Source: Sarea resinae
Taxonomy: Eukaryota
DNA length: 64,000 nt
Assembly: GCA_026026165.1 (NCBI GenBank)
Contig: JAPEUD010000024.1
Location: 124,001 to 188,000 of the forward strand
Direction: 5' to 3'
Positions 1-12,212 of this stretch are shown piece by piece; position 1 is the stretch's first letter, and every line of letters begins with the position of its first letter. The notes under the pieces were generated by a model. The model searched no databases. It was not told where the DNA came from and worked only from the letters and a program-made list of their open reading frames with translations. A program made the translations under genes and the position numbers.

Positions 1-57
1 TCATCCGTCTCCGCCACCATCACCACTACAACATCACCACATTACCACAGCATAATC

Positions 58-1402
58 ATGGACATGGACCTTTCCGAGACTGCTCCAACATCCGAACCTC
101 TCTTCAGACCGACGAAGCGTCGAAAGTTCTACCGTAAGCGCGAGGAGGACAACGAAGATGGCGGCAATACCAGCGTCACAACCCTACGGACCACAGAACC
201 TTCAATTGCGACACCACCCTCACAAGCCGATACTGAGGGATCAACCCAATCTACTGCAGGCGACCTCACGCACCTCTCGATGACCGATATTTTACGGCTT
301 CGGAAGGCCGTCCGCAGCCGAAAAGGCGGCATCGAGTTCAGCGCTCGCAGCAACAATGTCGCTCGCGGCAATTCCCCCAGCGCTGGCCCTACATCCGACG
401 CCCTTATCGAGCGAGAGCAAACCCCCGAGGAGATACAACCTGTTGTGAATCGGTTTGCGCCGCAGACGGGGCAAATCGCAGATGTGGACAAGCACATGTA
501 AGAACCTCTTACCCTTATTTCTTGCCATTCGGTTTCGGTCACAGATCTGCGACATGATCCTCCGAAAGAATAGGAACTACATTCTCTTGGGTCTTAGACA
601 CAGCTACTAACGCGCGAAAGGATGGCATATATAGACGCCGAACTAGCCAAACGTCGTGAAGGGCCTCCATCAGCCGATTCGCCCGCTATTTCCTCAGAGC
701 AGGCGGCCGAGGCCGCCGCAGCGAGGGGCAGCGACGTACATCTGCATAGGCAGCCCGCTGCGCTCGGAAAGCTCCACGAGATCGACCTCGGTCCAGATGC
801 GAAATTAAGGAATATCGCTCTGACAGAAGAGGCCCGGAAGCGACTCGAAGGCGGGGATGATGTCGCCGACACTCCCACCACCGATCGTGCGAGAAAGCCG
901 CCTAAGCTAGGTAGAGACGGAAAGCCATGGAGGGGCCGCAAGCGACGGACGAGCGAGGACATCAAGCGTGATAAATTGGTCGAGGAGGTCCTGAAGGAAA
1001 CAAGACGTATGCCCTCCCTCCCCCAACCCCCCCACCCCTCCTTCCTCCCCCTCCACAATAATCAAACATAAAATCCTCCCAGCTAACCTAATCCACCCAG
1101 TCGACCTCTACGACCCGCCCGCCAACCCCCTCGATAACCCAGATCCAAACAACCCCGACGCAAGCCTCGACCCAGACCAAGCGGCCGACGACCGCATCGC
1201 CGAGCAATTCCGCCGCGAGTTCCTCGACGCCATCCAATCGCGCCGAAAACGCGCCTCGCGCGCCTCGAAGCCGGCCTCCTCGTCGTCCTTGGGCGCCCTG
1301 AAGAAGGACGATAAACCGCGCGGGCCGAAGCTGGGCGGTAGTAGGAGCGCGCGGGCGGCGATGCGTGAGAGGGAAATGGCTGAGAAGGGCGGGAAGCGGT
1401 GA
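58..1402 (+). CDS. HCA59/C9orf78 (Tls1)-like splicing-associated protein; exons ~58-497, 621-~1006, ~1101-1402
   Basis: Motifs FRPTKRRK, NRFAPQTGQ-DVDKHM|MAYIDAEL, LHEIDLGP-AKLRNI, and exon 3 ADDRIAEQFRR. Introns begin GTAAGA and GTATGC with CTAAC/CTAAT branch sites. Stop TGA at 1400-1402. Confidence 0.8.
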
Positions 1403-2168
1403 AACTTTCGTTGATGGCTTATCCTGTTCCTTGGTCTGTGTGTGTGCGTGTGTCTGTAGTGCATTTGTGGAAATACTTATATGATGGCATGGGATACGAA
1501 GCTCCCCTCCCCTCCCCGTTTTCTTTCATCAATCCATGTTATATGCACAACTCTATGGGAATCGGAAAGGTGCAAACAGGGAGCGTTTCTTTTTGTATTT
1601 CCGGACACTCTCGCGATGGAGATTCTATCAATGTAAGAACACGAAGTTACTCTATGGAAGGTAGACAGTCTGCACGTAGTATACCAGGGTATCATATTTG
1701 CAATTTCCATGCCCAGAGAACGGCAGGGCGGGGGAGAGGGAATACACATGATCAACAGCGCCAACCGTACTAGCCAGTGTACCTTAGTCCCAGGCCCGTG
1801 TTCGTACTATACATCTGGCGTGGCTGGCTGGCTGGATATCTTTCGCTCTCAGCGTGTTCGCCTTCTCTTAGGACGGTTTGTCCCTGTCCTCTTCGACGTC
1901 CCTGTCGCTGCTTTATCCCCCCATCTCCCAATTCCTCTTTCTCTTCCTTTCACAAGGCACCTTTGCGAGTCGGTAAGAGAACACTCGCTCCCCTTTACTT
2001 TCTGAAGCAGACTTCTCGGAAGCCGATGTGTGATAGGGGTAATGTTGTATGAGTCTCAAACGTCGAAAAGGGGTTTCTGGTATTCATCGCCCGCCTTGTA
2101 CTGGTAGGGTGGGCTCGTTGTCCCTGTTTCCCCATGGGCTTTTGCAGGCACCACAACGGATTCGACTC

Positions 2169-2213
2169 AGCCATGCAAGCCATGCAAGCCATGCAAGCCA
2201 TGCAAGCCAAGCA
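2169..2213. repeat. 9-bp tandem repeat (AGCCATGCA)x4 plus one degenerate copy
   Basis: Seen directly in sequence. Confidence 0.9.
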
Positions 2214-2292
2214 AGTCAGTCAGCCAGCCACCCTGGCAGCCAGCCAAAATGCCACACATTTCAAGGCCGACAGCACACGCTGACTCCCGCGT

Positions 2293-3055
2293 TCAACCCG
2301 CCATCTCGACATCTCCTACCTCCTTCGCATCATCCTCCCCTTCCCCCTCAGCCGCTTCCGACTCGACGCCCTCGGCCTCCTCGATCTCGACTAGGCCCCC
2401 ATTTGCAAGGAGCCAGCCCACCACCTCGTCCTTGCCTGCCACCTCGGCCTCATATACGGCATCGTGTCCCGCGGAGTTCTTGAGGAGCGGATCCGCGCCG
2501 GCGCGCACAAGCGCTTGCACAGCGGCTAGGTGCCCGTTGAGAGCTGCCCAGTGCAGAGGCGTGTTGCCTGAACTGTTGGGCCGATGGAGGAGAGAGGAGG
2601 AAGGTGACGAATTGGTGCTGGCGGCGGTGCCCGTGGAGGTAGGGTCTGAATCTGCGGCTTGCGTAGCTGGTATCTCAGCGAGGAGGCCGAGGAGAGTGAG
2701 GACGTGCGTTATTAGCTCTATGAGTATCCATCAGCTTCATATATTCCTATCCCATATGCAGAAGAAGAAAGCTGTGGCCATGGCCGAAGTGGATATCTAG
2801 TCCGGTCAGGGAGAAAGAAAGCTACGACTCACCAGCATGGCCATTGGCGGCTGCCATGTGCAGGATCCCGTTCTCGGATCCCGCGTCTATAGTCCCTAGC
2901 ACGACATCTGTTGCTGATGCATTGTGGGCGGTTGCTAGGTCGGCGATGGTGGATTGAAGGTCTTGCAATTCGCCTGCGCGGGCGAAATAGAGGAGGTCGT
3001 CGATTTCGTCTTCTGTCAGTGATGGCTTGTTGTTGTTGTTATTGGTGGAGGCCAT
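2293..3055 (-). CDS. YAR1: Ankyrin-repeat Rps3 chaperone Yar1; exons 3055-2833, 2717-2293
   Basis: LTEDEIDDLLYFARAGE, LHMAAANGH, GNTPLHWAALNGH, GADPLLKNSAGHDAVYEAE and an acidic tail. Intron GTGAGT...GCTGAT...CATAG restores frame. Confidence 0.85.
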
Positions 3056-3777
3056 TGTGATTGTTGGACAGGGCCTATCTAAGAGTGCTTTTCTCCTTTG
3101 GCCTGTGAGCAGAGAGGAATAGTTCTGGGAGGAGGGCGGGCTGCTGTTTTGGAAATTGGGATGTTTAGAATTTTTCTTTTGGAGGGAGTTGATATGGATC
3201 GTGTCAAATTATCTTTTTTTGTGGTTCTGGGGCCTCGGCGTTAGAGAGGGCGGGGACTAAGTACGGGGAGTGCAGTGGATGGCTAGTGCAATTGCGATTA
3301 TCTTGTCTTATCTGATCAATTTTCTGCCCTACTATCACGCATCATACCTACCTAGTAGTAGTCTCGATGTTTTTGGTGATGTGTTGGGGTTCTCTTAGAA
3401 CAATGAGGAAGTTGCTTTTGCGAGAGCGCAGTAGATTGCTATCGTTGTTGTACGAAGGACAAGGTGTGAGAAGGTAGGCAATTGAATGGATAGTCCATGC
3501 CTGAATGGAATGCTTCTCATCTGAAACTAGATGAGGTGGGAGGGCGGCTATGGGAGCGAAGCAGGAAGCGAGCGAGAGGGGGAAAGTAATTAATCATGAT
3601 TTTTATGAGTAGATTGCCGACTTCAATAGATAGTGTATACTGAATCGTTGAAATCTATAACAGCATCATTCTATTCTTCAGAATATCCATAATAAACGCC
3701 TGTTGCCCCCTAGGTTTCAGAGGTCTACTACACCCGTAGGATAATTTTCCATATTTTCTCCATCGCCAACAAGTGAA

Positions 3778-5534
3778 CTACTCCATCTCGATTGTTCCAG
3801 GGGGCTTGCTAGTCACTAAGATGCTTCGTTAGCATCAAAAGTCCTTGCACATCGACGAAGAGAGAAACATACCATCATAGACAACCCGACAAACTCCATT
3901 GACTTCATTAACAATCCTGCGACTGACTCGTTTCAAGAAATGACCATCAAACGGATACCAGTCCGCTGTCATGAAATCTGAAGTCTCAACAGCTCTCAGT
4001 GCGATCACCTGCTCATGCACCCGCTTGTCGCCCATCACTCCAACTGCCCTTACAGGCAATAAGGCGGCAAATGCTTGACTAATCTGCCGATATAATCCCG
4101 CGGCTCGGATTTCTTCGATAAAGATTGCATCCGCTTGCCGTGCAATCCGTACCTGCTCAGGCGTTACTTCTCCAAGGATTCTAATCGCGATACCTGGACC
4201 CGGGAAAGGGTGTCGCCAGACAAGGTCCTCAGGGATGCCCAAATTCGTACCAAGAGCACGGACTTCGTCTTTGAAAAGTTCGCGAAGGGGCTCGATAAGT
4301 TTGAGGTGCATGCCTTCGAGGAGACCACCGACGTTGTGGTGGGTCTTGATTGTCTGGCTAGGACCTTTGAACGAAATGCTCTCGATGACGTCCGGGTAGA
4401 GCGTTCCTTGGAGAAGCCACTCAATCTCGCCTTCTTTCTCAGAGCCAGCTGCTGCGTCAGCGATCTGCCGTGCAGTCTCTTGGAAGACCTCGATGAAGGT
4501 GTTACCAATGATTTTGCGCTTGCGTTCGGGATCCGACACGCCTTTCAGGAGGCCGAGAAATCGCTCGCTGGCGTCCACAACTGTAAGGTTAATGCCAAGG
4601 TGTTTGGTGAGGGTTTGCTTGACGGTCTCGCATTCGTTAAGGCGCATGACGCCATTGTCAACCAAGACAGCGTGAAAACGATCACCAATGGCCGAATTCA
4701 TTAATTTAGCAGCAACGGTGGAGTCGACGCCTCCACTAACGGCACCAATGACTTGGCCCTTTTCGCCGACTATTGCGCGGATTCTTGCAATCTCCTTGTC
4801 CACAAATTTCTCCATTGTCCAGTCCTGTCGAGCCTTGCAGATACTAACGGCGAAATTTTCAAGGAGCTTTATTCCCCTCGGCGTATGCGTTACCTCGGGG
4901 TGGAATTGGATGCCGTAATATATTTTCTCTAGATGGGCGATACCGGCGAACGGCGCGTTGGAAGTTGTCGCAATGGTGACAAACGAAGGTGGAAGATGAG
5001 AGAGCTTATCTCCATGAGACATCCAAACTTCCATATCATCATCTAAGCCTTGGAACAGCCGGTCGACATGTGCCTCTTTCCCAGTGTGCCTGTCGACTTT
5101 CAATGTCGCGTGACCGTACTCCCTCTTCTCCCCTGCCAAGACATTCTTTCCATGGTGCCAGGCAATCTCTTGCAGACCGTAGCAGATCCCAAGCAGTGGC
5201 ACGCCAAGTTCAAAGACAGCTGGGTCGACATGTGGGGCGTCTTTTTCGTATACCGAGTATGGCCCGCCAGAAAGAATGATACCCTTTGGCGTCCAGGACA
5301 AGTCTGCGAGTTTTTGCGTGCAGGGGAGCAATTCCGAGTAAATATTGAGCTCTCTGAGGCGTCTCGTGATGAGATGAGAGTACTGAGAGCTACGCAAACA
5401 TTCAGCGCCTTTGAAGAAATGGTTTGCTTTTGTTCTCCCGTGGGAGTCGGGGTTCTGTCCTACCCGAAGTCCAGGACTAAGATTGTGTCAAAGCTCTTAT
5501 GCGGCTCATCGATCTCGCCATTTGCTGCAGCCAT
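3778..5534 (-). CDS. GUA1: GMP synthase (glutamine-hydrolysing); exons 5534-5464, 5389-3873, 3815-3778
   Basis: [48 protein letters not shown]. The spliced C-terminus reads [12 protein letters not shown]. Confidence 0.97.
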
Positions 5535-5846
5535 TTTGATATTGAAGAAGTTGTCAAGACAATTCCGCGCTGTGCGCTGTTCGACAGCGTATTCGTTCCC
5601 GGAGTTGGTGATCTTTTATTGTTGTGTGATCGGGACACGAATTTGCGGAGGATTGATAGCGATATGCCCCACCGAACGTCGAAATAAATGTATATAAAAA
5701 CATTTTCTGTTCTGCCCCACGCCCGGTCTGTGATTGTCACTGTAGCCCAGTGAGGTACTTAGGAAACCTTTAGGAAACCTATCGAAAACAACACAGGAAG
5801 AAGTACCTCTACTATATAGAAATAGCGAAGCGAAGGGGTACTAAGC

Positions 5847-5853
5847 TGACTCA
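5847..5853. promoter_or_regulatory. TGACTCA, a Gcn4/CpcA (also Bas1-type TGACTC) site in the divergent GUA1/maleylacetate reductase promoter
   Basis: Exact heptamer ~310 bp upstream of the GUA1 ATG. Function is inferred. Confidence 0.35.
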
Positions 5854-6340
5854 TCCACCGCACTGAAAGTACCGCGGCCACCACCGCTCGAGCGAGTCTC
5901 CCCTAAAGCGGTAGGCTAAGCGGGTGGAGCAGAACGCGCAAGATTCTTATTCGGAGTACTCATAGTAGAGGGTTAAAGAGCCGTCGGCAATTGAAGTGAT
6001 CACTGACTTGCCGAGAGATCGTCCCGTGGCCCCCCTGCTTCTCCAATGTCCCCTCTCCACCATTTCCGTCACGGTTGCGTGTGGGGTAGAGACTTCAAGC
6101 TCTTCCAATTCGTCCTTGAGACTGCCCTCCAGTGAAGGGAGCAATGGAGGGTGTTGCTGTGATCATGGAGGCTGGATATAGCCAGCATATAACAATGTGT
6201 CCCTGCCACCTCACTCCTATTGATAGTCCATTGCTGAAGGGGCAGTGGATTGATTCATCAGTAAACTGATTTGCTTCTTGTTCCATCTCATGAGAAATTT
6301 TTGCTTGGCATTGGGCTACTAAACAAAGGAAACCATCATC

Positions 6341-7463
6341 ATGGAATCATTCGAGTATAATGCCAATCCAGGTCGAGTCGTCTTTGGCCGTGGCAGCTTG
6401 AAGAAGCTGCCCAGCGAGATATCACGCCTGAACGTCTCTTCTCCACTCGTGCTCTCTACGCCACAGCAGATCCAACAAGCCGAAGCTCTAGAAAAAGACC
6501 TCGATGGGAGATTCGCCGGTATTTTCTCGGAGGCGGCCATGCACACTCCAACCCACATCACGGACAAGGCCGTGCAGTTTGCTCAGTCCCAGAAGGCCGA
6601 CTCGATTGTATCTGTTGGTGGGGGAAGCACCATAGGACTGGGTAAAGCTATAAGCATTAGGACCGGGCTGCCTCATATCAGCATTCCCACGACTTATGCC
6701 GGAAGTGAAATGACACCAATTCTCGGCGAGACGGCAGACGGTCAGAAGAAGACCAGAAATGCTCCGAAGATTTTGCCGGAAACGGTCATCTACGATGTCG
6801 ACTTGACTATGACCTTGCCCGTCGGTCTGAGTGCGACAAGTGGAGTGAATGCGATTGCACATGCGGGTAGGATCAAGTCGCCGGCACAGAGTATCAATTA
6901 CTGACCATCGGATAGTTGAAGCTCTCTACGCTAAGAATACTAACCCGATCGTTTCGCTCCTTGCCCTAGAAGGTTCGAGAGCACTTGCTAGATCTCTACC
7001 ACAGATCAGTGCAGATCCATCGTCTCTCCAAGATCGTTCCGATGCCCAATACGGTGCCTGGCTGTGTGGCACCTGTTTGGGTAGCGTTGGGATGGCGCTA
7101 CACCATAAACTTTGTCATGTATTAGGCGGCAGCTTCAATCTACCGCACGCTGAGACTCATACCATAATTCTCCCTCATGCTCTCGCCTACAATGCACCCA
7201 GTATTCCTCAAGTCATGGAGAAGCTTGCGGGATGCTTCCCAGAGAGCAATGGGGATGCAATCCAAGGCTTGAATGTCCTATTGGCGAAATTGAAAGTCAA
7301 AAGGGCACTCAAGGATTTTGGCATGAAGTCAGAGGACATCGACAGGGCCGCAGAGCTCGCGGTCAGCAACCCGTACTATAATCCTAGACCTTTGGAAAAA
7401 GAATCCATCAGGGAATTGATTCGGCGAGCCTGGGCCGGCGAAGAAGCGAGATCGGATTTTTAG
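6341..7463 (+). CDS. Maleylacetate reductase (iron-containing alcohol dehydrogenase family); intron ~6867-6915
   Basis: GGGSTIGLGKA, IPTTYAGSEMT, NAIAHA|VEALY, LHHKLCHVLGGSFNLPHAETH, NPYYNPRP. Confidence 0.9.
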
Positions 7464-7980
7464 CGCCGGCAGCTGTCAAGCTGTCAACTTTACGTGCCCT
7501 TACAAGTCTCGGTCGAATTTCAAAATCAACACGGAAGAAAAATCCGCCCCAAATCTAAGATGCTTTTACCCCAACGCTATGAACGGGTTTCGGGAGATTT
7601 CACACCCATTGTACGTCCTTTTTACGGAAGAAATGGCATGTGCCTCGACATTTCTGAATTTGACCGCGTTTCCTTTTTATTGTTTTCGCTTTTAACCTCT
7701 GTTCTTCTGCCCCATCCAGGTTCATCAATTCTGCCATAGCATGCGTAGCCTGAAAGAAAGAGCATGGACTGGATTTTCAAATTGACGAAGACAGAAAGGT
7801 CTTCACGAACATACTCTCTCCAGAAGATCTACATTAGGTCGCCTGCTTCATATGTAGCGAATTTTTAAAAGTGTCATAGTTCCCTCCTATTTGACATCTC
7901 GCACTCTGCCCAAGTCGCTCACTGTAGAGCATGCTTAACTTTCTGCGGATTGATCGAATCGTGATCATTTCACTGCCAAT

Positions 7981-10698
7981 ATGCGTGGCAACGGCTTCTC
8001 ATCTCTGGCTCTCAGAGCTTTCATATCTCTCGGTATCTTCACAACGGTCTCCGATGCTATTCAGGCAAAGAATTCGAAATATCACCTTGACCAGCGCGAC
8101 TTTGTAAAGATATCCAAGGATACATCCACCCATGCGACATGCGGTATCCATTGGAGCTCTCTCAATCTCCACTACATAGCCAGCTATACGGACCTCCAGC
8201 AATACGGTGACAAACAAGGGCTCTGCGGTCAATGTCTCGCCATCTGTGGAGAGAAGAGCTGCGATCCGGTCCTCCTTGTAGACGAACATAGTCACCCAGC
8301 AAAGCACCAAAAAGACGATATCTGGGTTGACACGAAAATGTACAAGCATCTGCAAGGCGATAGCAAACAGAAACGTCCGAATCCCCGTCTCATGCATCCG
8401 ATTGATGCATATTACTGCCGTCGTATCTGGAATGGAACTATGATTGACGATGCAAAGCCGCCGGGCTTGCTCTTTCGGCTGCAGGAGCAGGAAGCACTCT
8501 TGGATATCAATTTTGGTGAAGATCTAGGTGATACGCGGCCCTCTGTCCCGAAACAAGAGCTGTCTATGGGCCGGTTGATGAACGATGACTCGTTAGAGAT
8601 GGCCCCCAGTGAGCCTTCTAACCTGTCTGACCTCGAAGTCCTCAAGCAAATGACAGAAGTGCCAAGTATAGAGACGGCAGTACCGACGAAAGAGCAGATT
8701 ACAACGCGGCCTACGTCTACACCTTATAAGATCAACTACTCAGGCGAGACAAACCGGGAAGTCAATGTAGCTAGCCAGACTATGAGCACGGATATCACAG
8801 ATGACGCCTTATGGGAGGTGCCTCCCCCGACGGCCATCCCTGAGGGCATGCTAGGCGGAGATGGGTCGCTACACATCTCGACGGCTGTGCCATCTATGGC
8901 AATGCATGTCGATCTCGGTCCATCAGCACCGTCAGGGATGATAGAATCACGCCCGTCAGTAATAGAGCGCCGTGGAACACAGGCACAAGACCTGAACATT
9001 CCTCCTCCTCCGCAGATACCTCCCCCGCCGGGACTCAGCTTACCAAACGAGGTGCCGCCGCCACCACCTCCACCTCCGCCGCCGCTGCCTCCTCCACCCC
9101 CATCTCCTCCACCATCTCCACCCCCTTCTACGACTTCAACATCTACAAGTGTTATCTCAACCTCAACCTCTACGTCTTCGTTGTCCACAAGTTCCTCATT
9201 TACTTCTACCCCCTCACAGACGTCTACCCCTTCGTCGACCTCTACTTCCTCGTCGACCTCTAGCTCTTCATCTGTTTCTACATCTTCATCGACCTCTACT
9301 TCTTCCTCGAATACCACCTCCACTGTTATCTCCACCAGCTCCAAACATTCTACTACCTCAACCACGAGTACTCCCCCTTACACAAACGCGACAACTACAA
9401 CGGCTACTTCAAACTCTACAAGTGGAAGCCCTAGCTTGACTAGCAACTCTACTATAACGGCCACTGGTAGTTCTACTACGACTGCAACTATAACAACAGC
9501 ACCTTTTGCAAATTCTACATCAACTGCCAGGGCAAATAGCACGAGTACCAACTCAACATCCTCGAGAGCAACTTCAAATGCTACGACTACGGCAACAAGC
9601 ACCAACTCGACTACTAGCACAAGCACCAACTCTACGACAGCCACCTCAACCGCCGCTACTACTGCTACCAAGTCAACAATCACTACAGCAAATTCGACGG
9701 CGACGAGTACTGCGACTAGCACTAGCTCTACAACTACCACTTCAACTACTGCTACTACTGCTACCAACTCAACGACTTCTACTGCAACATCAACGGCGAC
9801 CACTACAGCATCGAGCACCACCTCAACAACTGCTACATCTACGAGCACTGGTTCGACGACCGTTACATCAACTAGTTCAACTACAGCGTCCACTACAAGC
9901 ACTACTTCGACGACCTCCACGTCAACCAGTTCAACCACAGCACCTACTACAAGCACTAGTTCTACGACCGCTACGGCAATATCTTCGTCTTCACCAACGT
10001 CTACAACCACCTCCACGACAGCCACGTCAACAACATCTACAGCATCGTCAACCACCAGCGCAACATCTACAACCACCTCGTCCACCTCGTCCACATCCAG
10101 CCCATCCAGCACGTCAAGCGCCGCCCAAAAGCGATCCATCGCCAACCCCTCTCCGTCTTCCTCCCTCTCCTCCAACCCCGACCTCTCCCGCCGCTCGCCC
10201 TACCCCCCATACGGCCCCCCCGCCTTCGCCGCTCCCCAGGGCGCAAACGCAAGGATGAACTGCACCCCGGACGACCGGGCCTGCCTAATTCACGACGACA
10301 CGCCCGGCTACACGCCAGCGAGCCACAACCCCGCGCAATTCTCGTCGGAGATGGCGATGAAATCGAGCGCCGAAGCGGACCGGACCTCGTTCTACCAGTC
10401 TCTGTACTCGGCCGAGCTCAGTGCCGCATCGGCGGAAGAGACAAGCTCGAAGACACTAGTAGTCAACGAGAGGGGCTTCAACGTCGCTGAGGCCTCAGCT
10501 ACGGCCACGCTCATGCCGAGAGCGCTGCCGACGACGTCGTCGATGACCCTACCTCCCGGGATGGTGCCCATGTCCGCACCGAGCTACAACCAGGCACCAC
10601 CGACCAGCAGACTCGTCCACGGCGTCGGCGGAAACCCGCAGATCTACCACCCAGATGCCAATAGTTCCCCGCATGGTGGCGGCGGTGGTCATGCTTAA
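7981..10698 (+). CDS. Secreted mucin-like protein: signal peptide, probable DPBB (barwin/expansin/loosenin-like) domain, poly-Pro linker and long Ser/Thr tract
   Basis: Single 905-aa ORF with hydrophobic N-terminus. The ATCG...LCGQCLAI...VLLVDE...DIWVD pattern resembles DPBB domains. Poly-Pro and ~330 aa of Thr/Ser with many N-x-S/T sequons follow. Confidence 0.7.
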   Translation: MRGNGFSSLALRAFISLGIFTTVSDAIQAKNSKYHLDQRDFVKISKDTSTHATCGIHWSSLNLHYIASYTDLQQYGDKQGLCGQCLAICGEKSCDPVLLVDEHSHPAKHQKDDIWVDTKMYKHLQGDSKQKRPNPRLMHPIDAYYCRRIWNGTMIDDAKPPGLLFRLQEQEALLDINFGEDLGDTRPSVPKQELSMGRLMNDDSLEMAPSEPSNLSDLEVLKQMTEVPSIETAVPTKEQITTRPTSTPYKINYSGETNREVNVASQTMSTDITDDALWEVPPPTAIPEGMLGGDGSLHISTAVPSMAMHVDLGPSAPSGMIESRPSVIERRGTQAQDLNIPPPPQIPPPPGLSLPNEVPPPPPPPPPPLPPPPPSPPPSPPPSTTSTSTSVISTSTSTSSLSTSSSFTSTPSQTSTPSSTSTSSSTSSSSSVSTSSSTSTSSSNTTSTVISTSSKHSTTSTTSTPPYTNATTTTATSNSTSGSPSLTSNSTITATGSSTTTATITTAPFANSTSTARANSTSTNSTSSRATSNATTTATSTNSTTSTSTNSTTATSTAATTATKSTITTANSTATSTATSTSSTTTTSTTATTATNSTTSTATSTATTTASSTTSTTATSTSTGSTTVTSTSSTTASTTSTTSTTSTSTSSTTAPTTSTSSTTATAISSSSPTSTTTSTTATSTTSTASSTTSATSTTTSSTSSTSSPSSTSSAAQKRSIANPSPSSSLSSNPDLSRRSPYPPYGPPAFAAPQGANARMNCTPDDRACLIHDDTPGYTPASHNPAQFSSEMAMKSSAEADRTSFYQSLYSAELSAASAEETSSKTLVVNERGFNVAEASATATLMPRALPTTSSMTLPPGMVPMSAPSYNQAPPTSRLVHGVGGNPQIYHPDANSSPHGGGGGHA

Positions 10699-10854
10699 AT
10701 CTGTTCTAATTCAATCATGCCCGATTATTCTTCCTATCTTGATTCCGTGCTTTCTTGCTTTTTGTGCTTTTTCCCCTCTCTAGTAATGGCCAAGACCGAC
10801 GAAGATCGCCTGATCGTCGAAAACGGGGGCCTCTTTTCTTTTCTTTTTCCGCCT

Positions 10855-10898
<44 letters not shown>

Positions 10899-11284
10899 TC
10901 CCCCTCTCCCTCTCCCAGGATTTCCCTTCAGTTCCGAGTCTTGCGGGTATCCTAACAACCCATCTGAATCCACATCTCAAGCATAAAAAAGGGAGCCAAT
11001 GTTGGGCGAGGTGGGTCGGCGAGGAACGCAGGGAGTCAGGGGCAAGAAAACTCACCCGATCCATCACGCCCATCACAACCATCTCCTCTAATCTCTTCTA
11101 ATTCATCCACATTCTTCAATCTCTTTCTTATGCGCCATCTATCTATCTATCTACCTATCCATCTATCTATCCATCCTACCCTCCTCCTTTTACCCCCTCC
11201 TTTTACCCTCCTCTTTCCCTCCTTCTTTACCAATCTACCATCCTACCGCTCTACCATCCTACCATTCAACCATTAAACCACACC

Positions 11285-11321
<37 letters not shown>

Positions 11322-11698
11322 CGCGCGCGTGTGAGAGAAAGAGAGAGAGAGGAGTCAAACACGCTTCCAAAACAGAAACAGACCAAGAACCATTAATATA
11401 TCTATCCTCTTCTTCCTCTTCTTTCTTTTTTCTTTTTTCCGCCTCTGCTGTGTCCATCTAGTGAGTGAGTGAATGATTGTGTGAGTGAGCGAGTCAGGGA
11501 GGGAGGGAGTTAGCGTGTCTGATGATCTGGTAGTCGTCGCATCGCATCCGTAGGGTTCACGCGTAGGTGGGTAGGTAGGTTGGTTCGTTGGCAGGTTCGT
11601 TGGCAGGCTCGTTGGTAGGGTAGGCGGGGGTGTAGGGATGTAGGGTGAGGTCGATAGTAGAATTGTTTTACATATGGGCTTGGAGAATCGAGCTGTAG

Positions 11699-11732
<34 letters not shown>

Positions 11733-12110
11733 CGTGTGACTTGACCTTTACCTTGGCCCTTGACCTCGACCGTGACCTTACACTTACACTTGGACTTAGA
11801 CCTGATCTGATCTGAACTAATTTAACTTGATCTACCTCATCTACAAGCTCAGGTACACTAGCTACCTACATGCCTGATCCCCCTTCCATATGTTCTTTGA
11901 CCCTTTTAAAAAAAATTATTTGGTTGAGGGGGGAAAGGCGATAATTGGACAGAAAGTAGAAAAAGGGTGGGATAAAGTGGTACGAGGGGGCATTTTTGGG
12001 GGGGAGATCTGTACCGTAGACAAGAAAAAAAGGGAGAAAAAGAAATTGAACATCAACATCAACATGAATATCAACATTAATATCGACATCAACATCAACA
12101 TGGAATTATC
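10855..12110. repeat. Microsatellite-dense convergent spacer: (CT)n, (ATCT)n, (CA)n, (GA)n, (TA)n, (TG)n, (AACATC)n
   Basis: Runs at ~10857-10895, 11137-11170, 11285-11350, 11699-11735 and 12049-12100. Confidence 0.95.
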
Positions 12111-12212
12111 TCGAACCAAGAAACGGTGACAGGACACGAAACGCTCATTGAGTCCCACTTCCCGCCCAACAACAACAACAACTAAAATCATCATCATGAC
12201 GACTCAGCCGAC

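Noticed and set aside
5835..5935. GC-rich self-complementary stretch upstream of GUA1 with CTGA...GAAA, as a hammerhead ribozyme or ncRNA
   Set aside because: The CUGANGA core and required stems are absent, and the pairing is short and imperfect.
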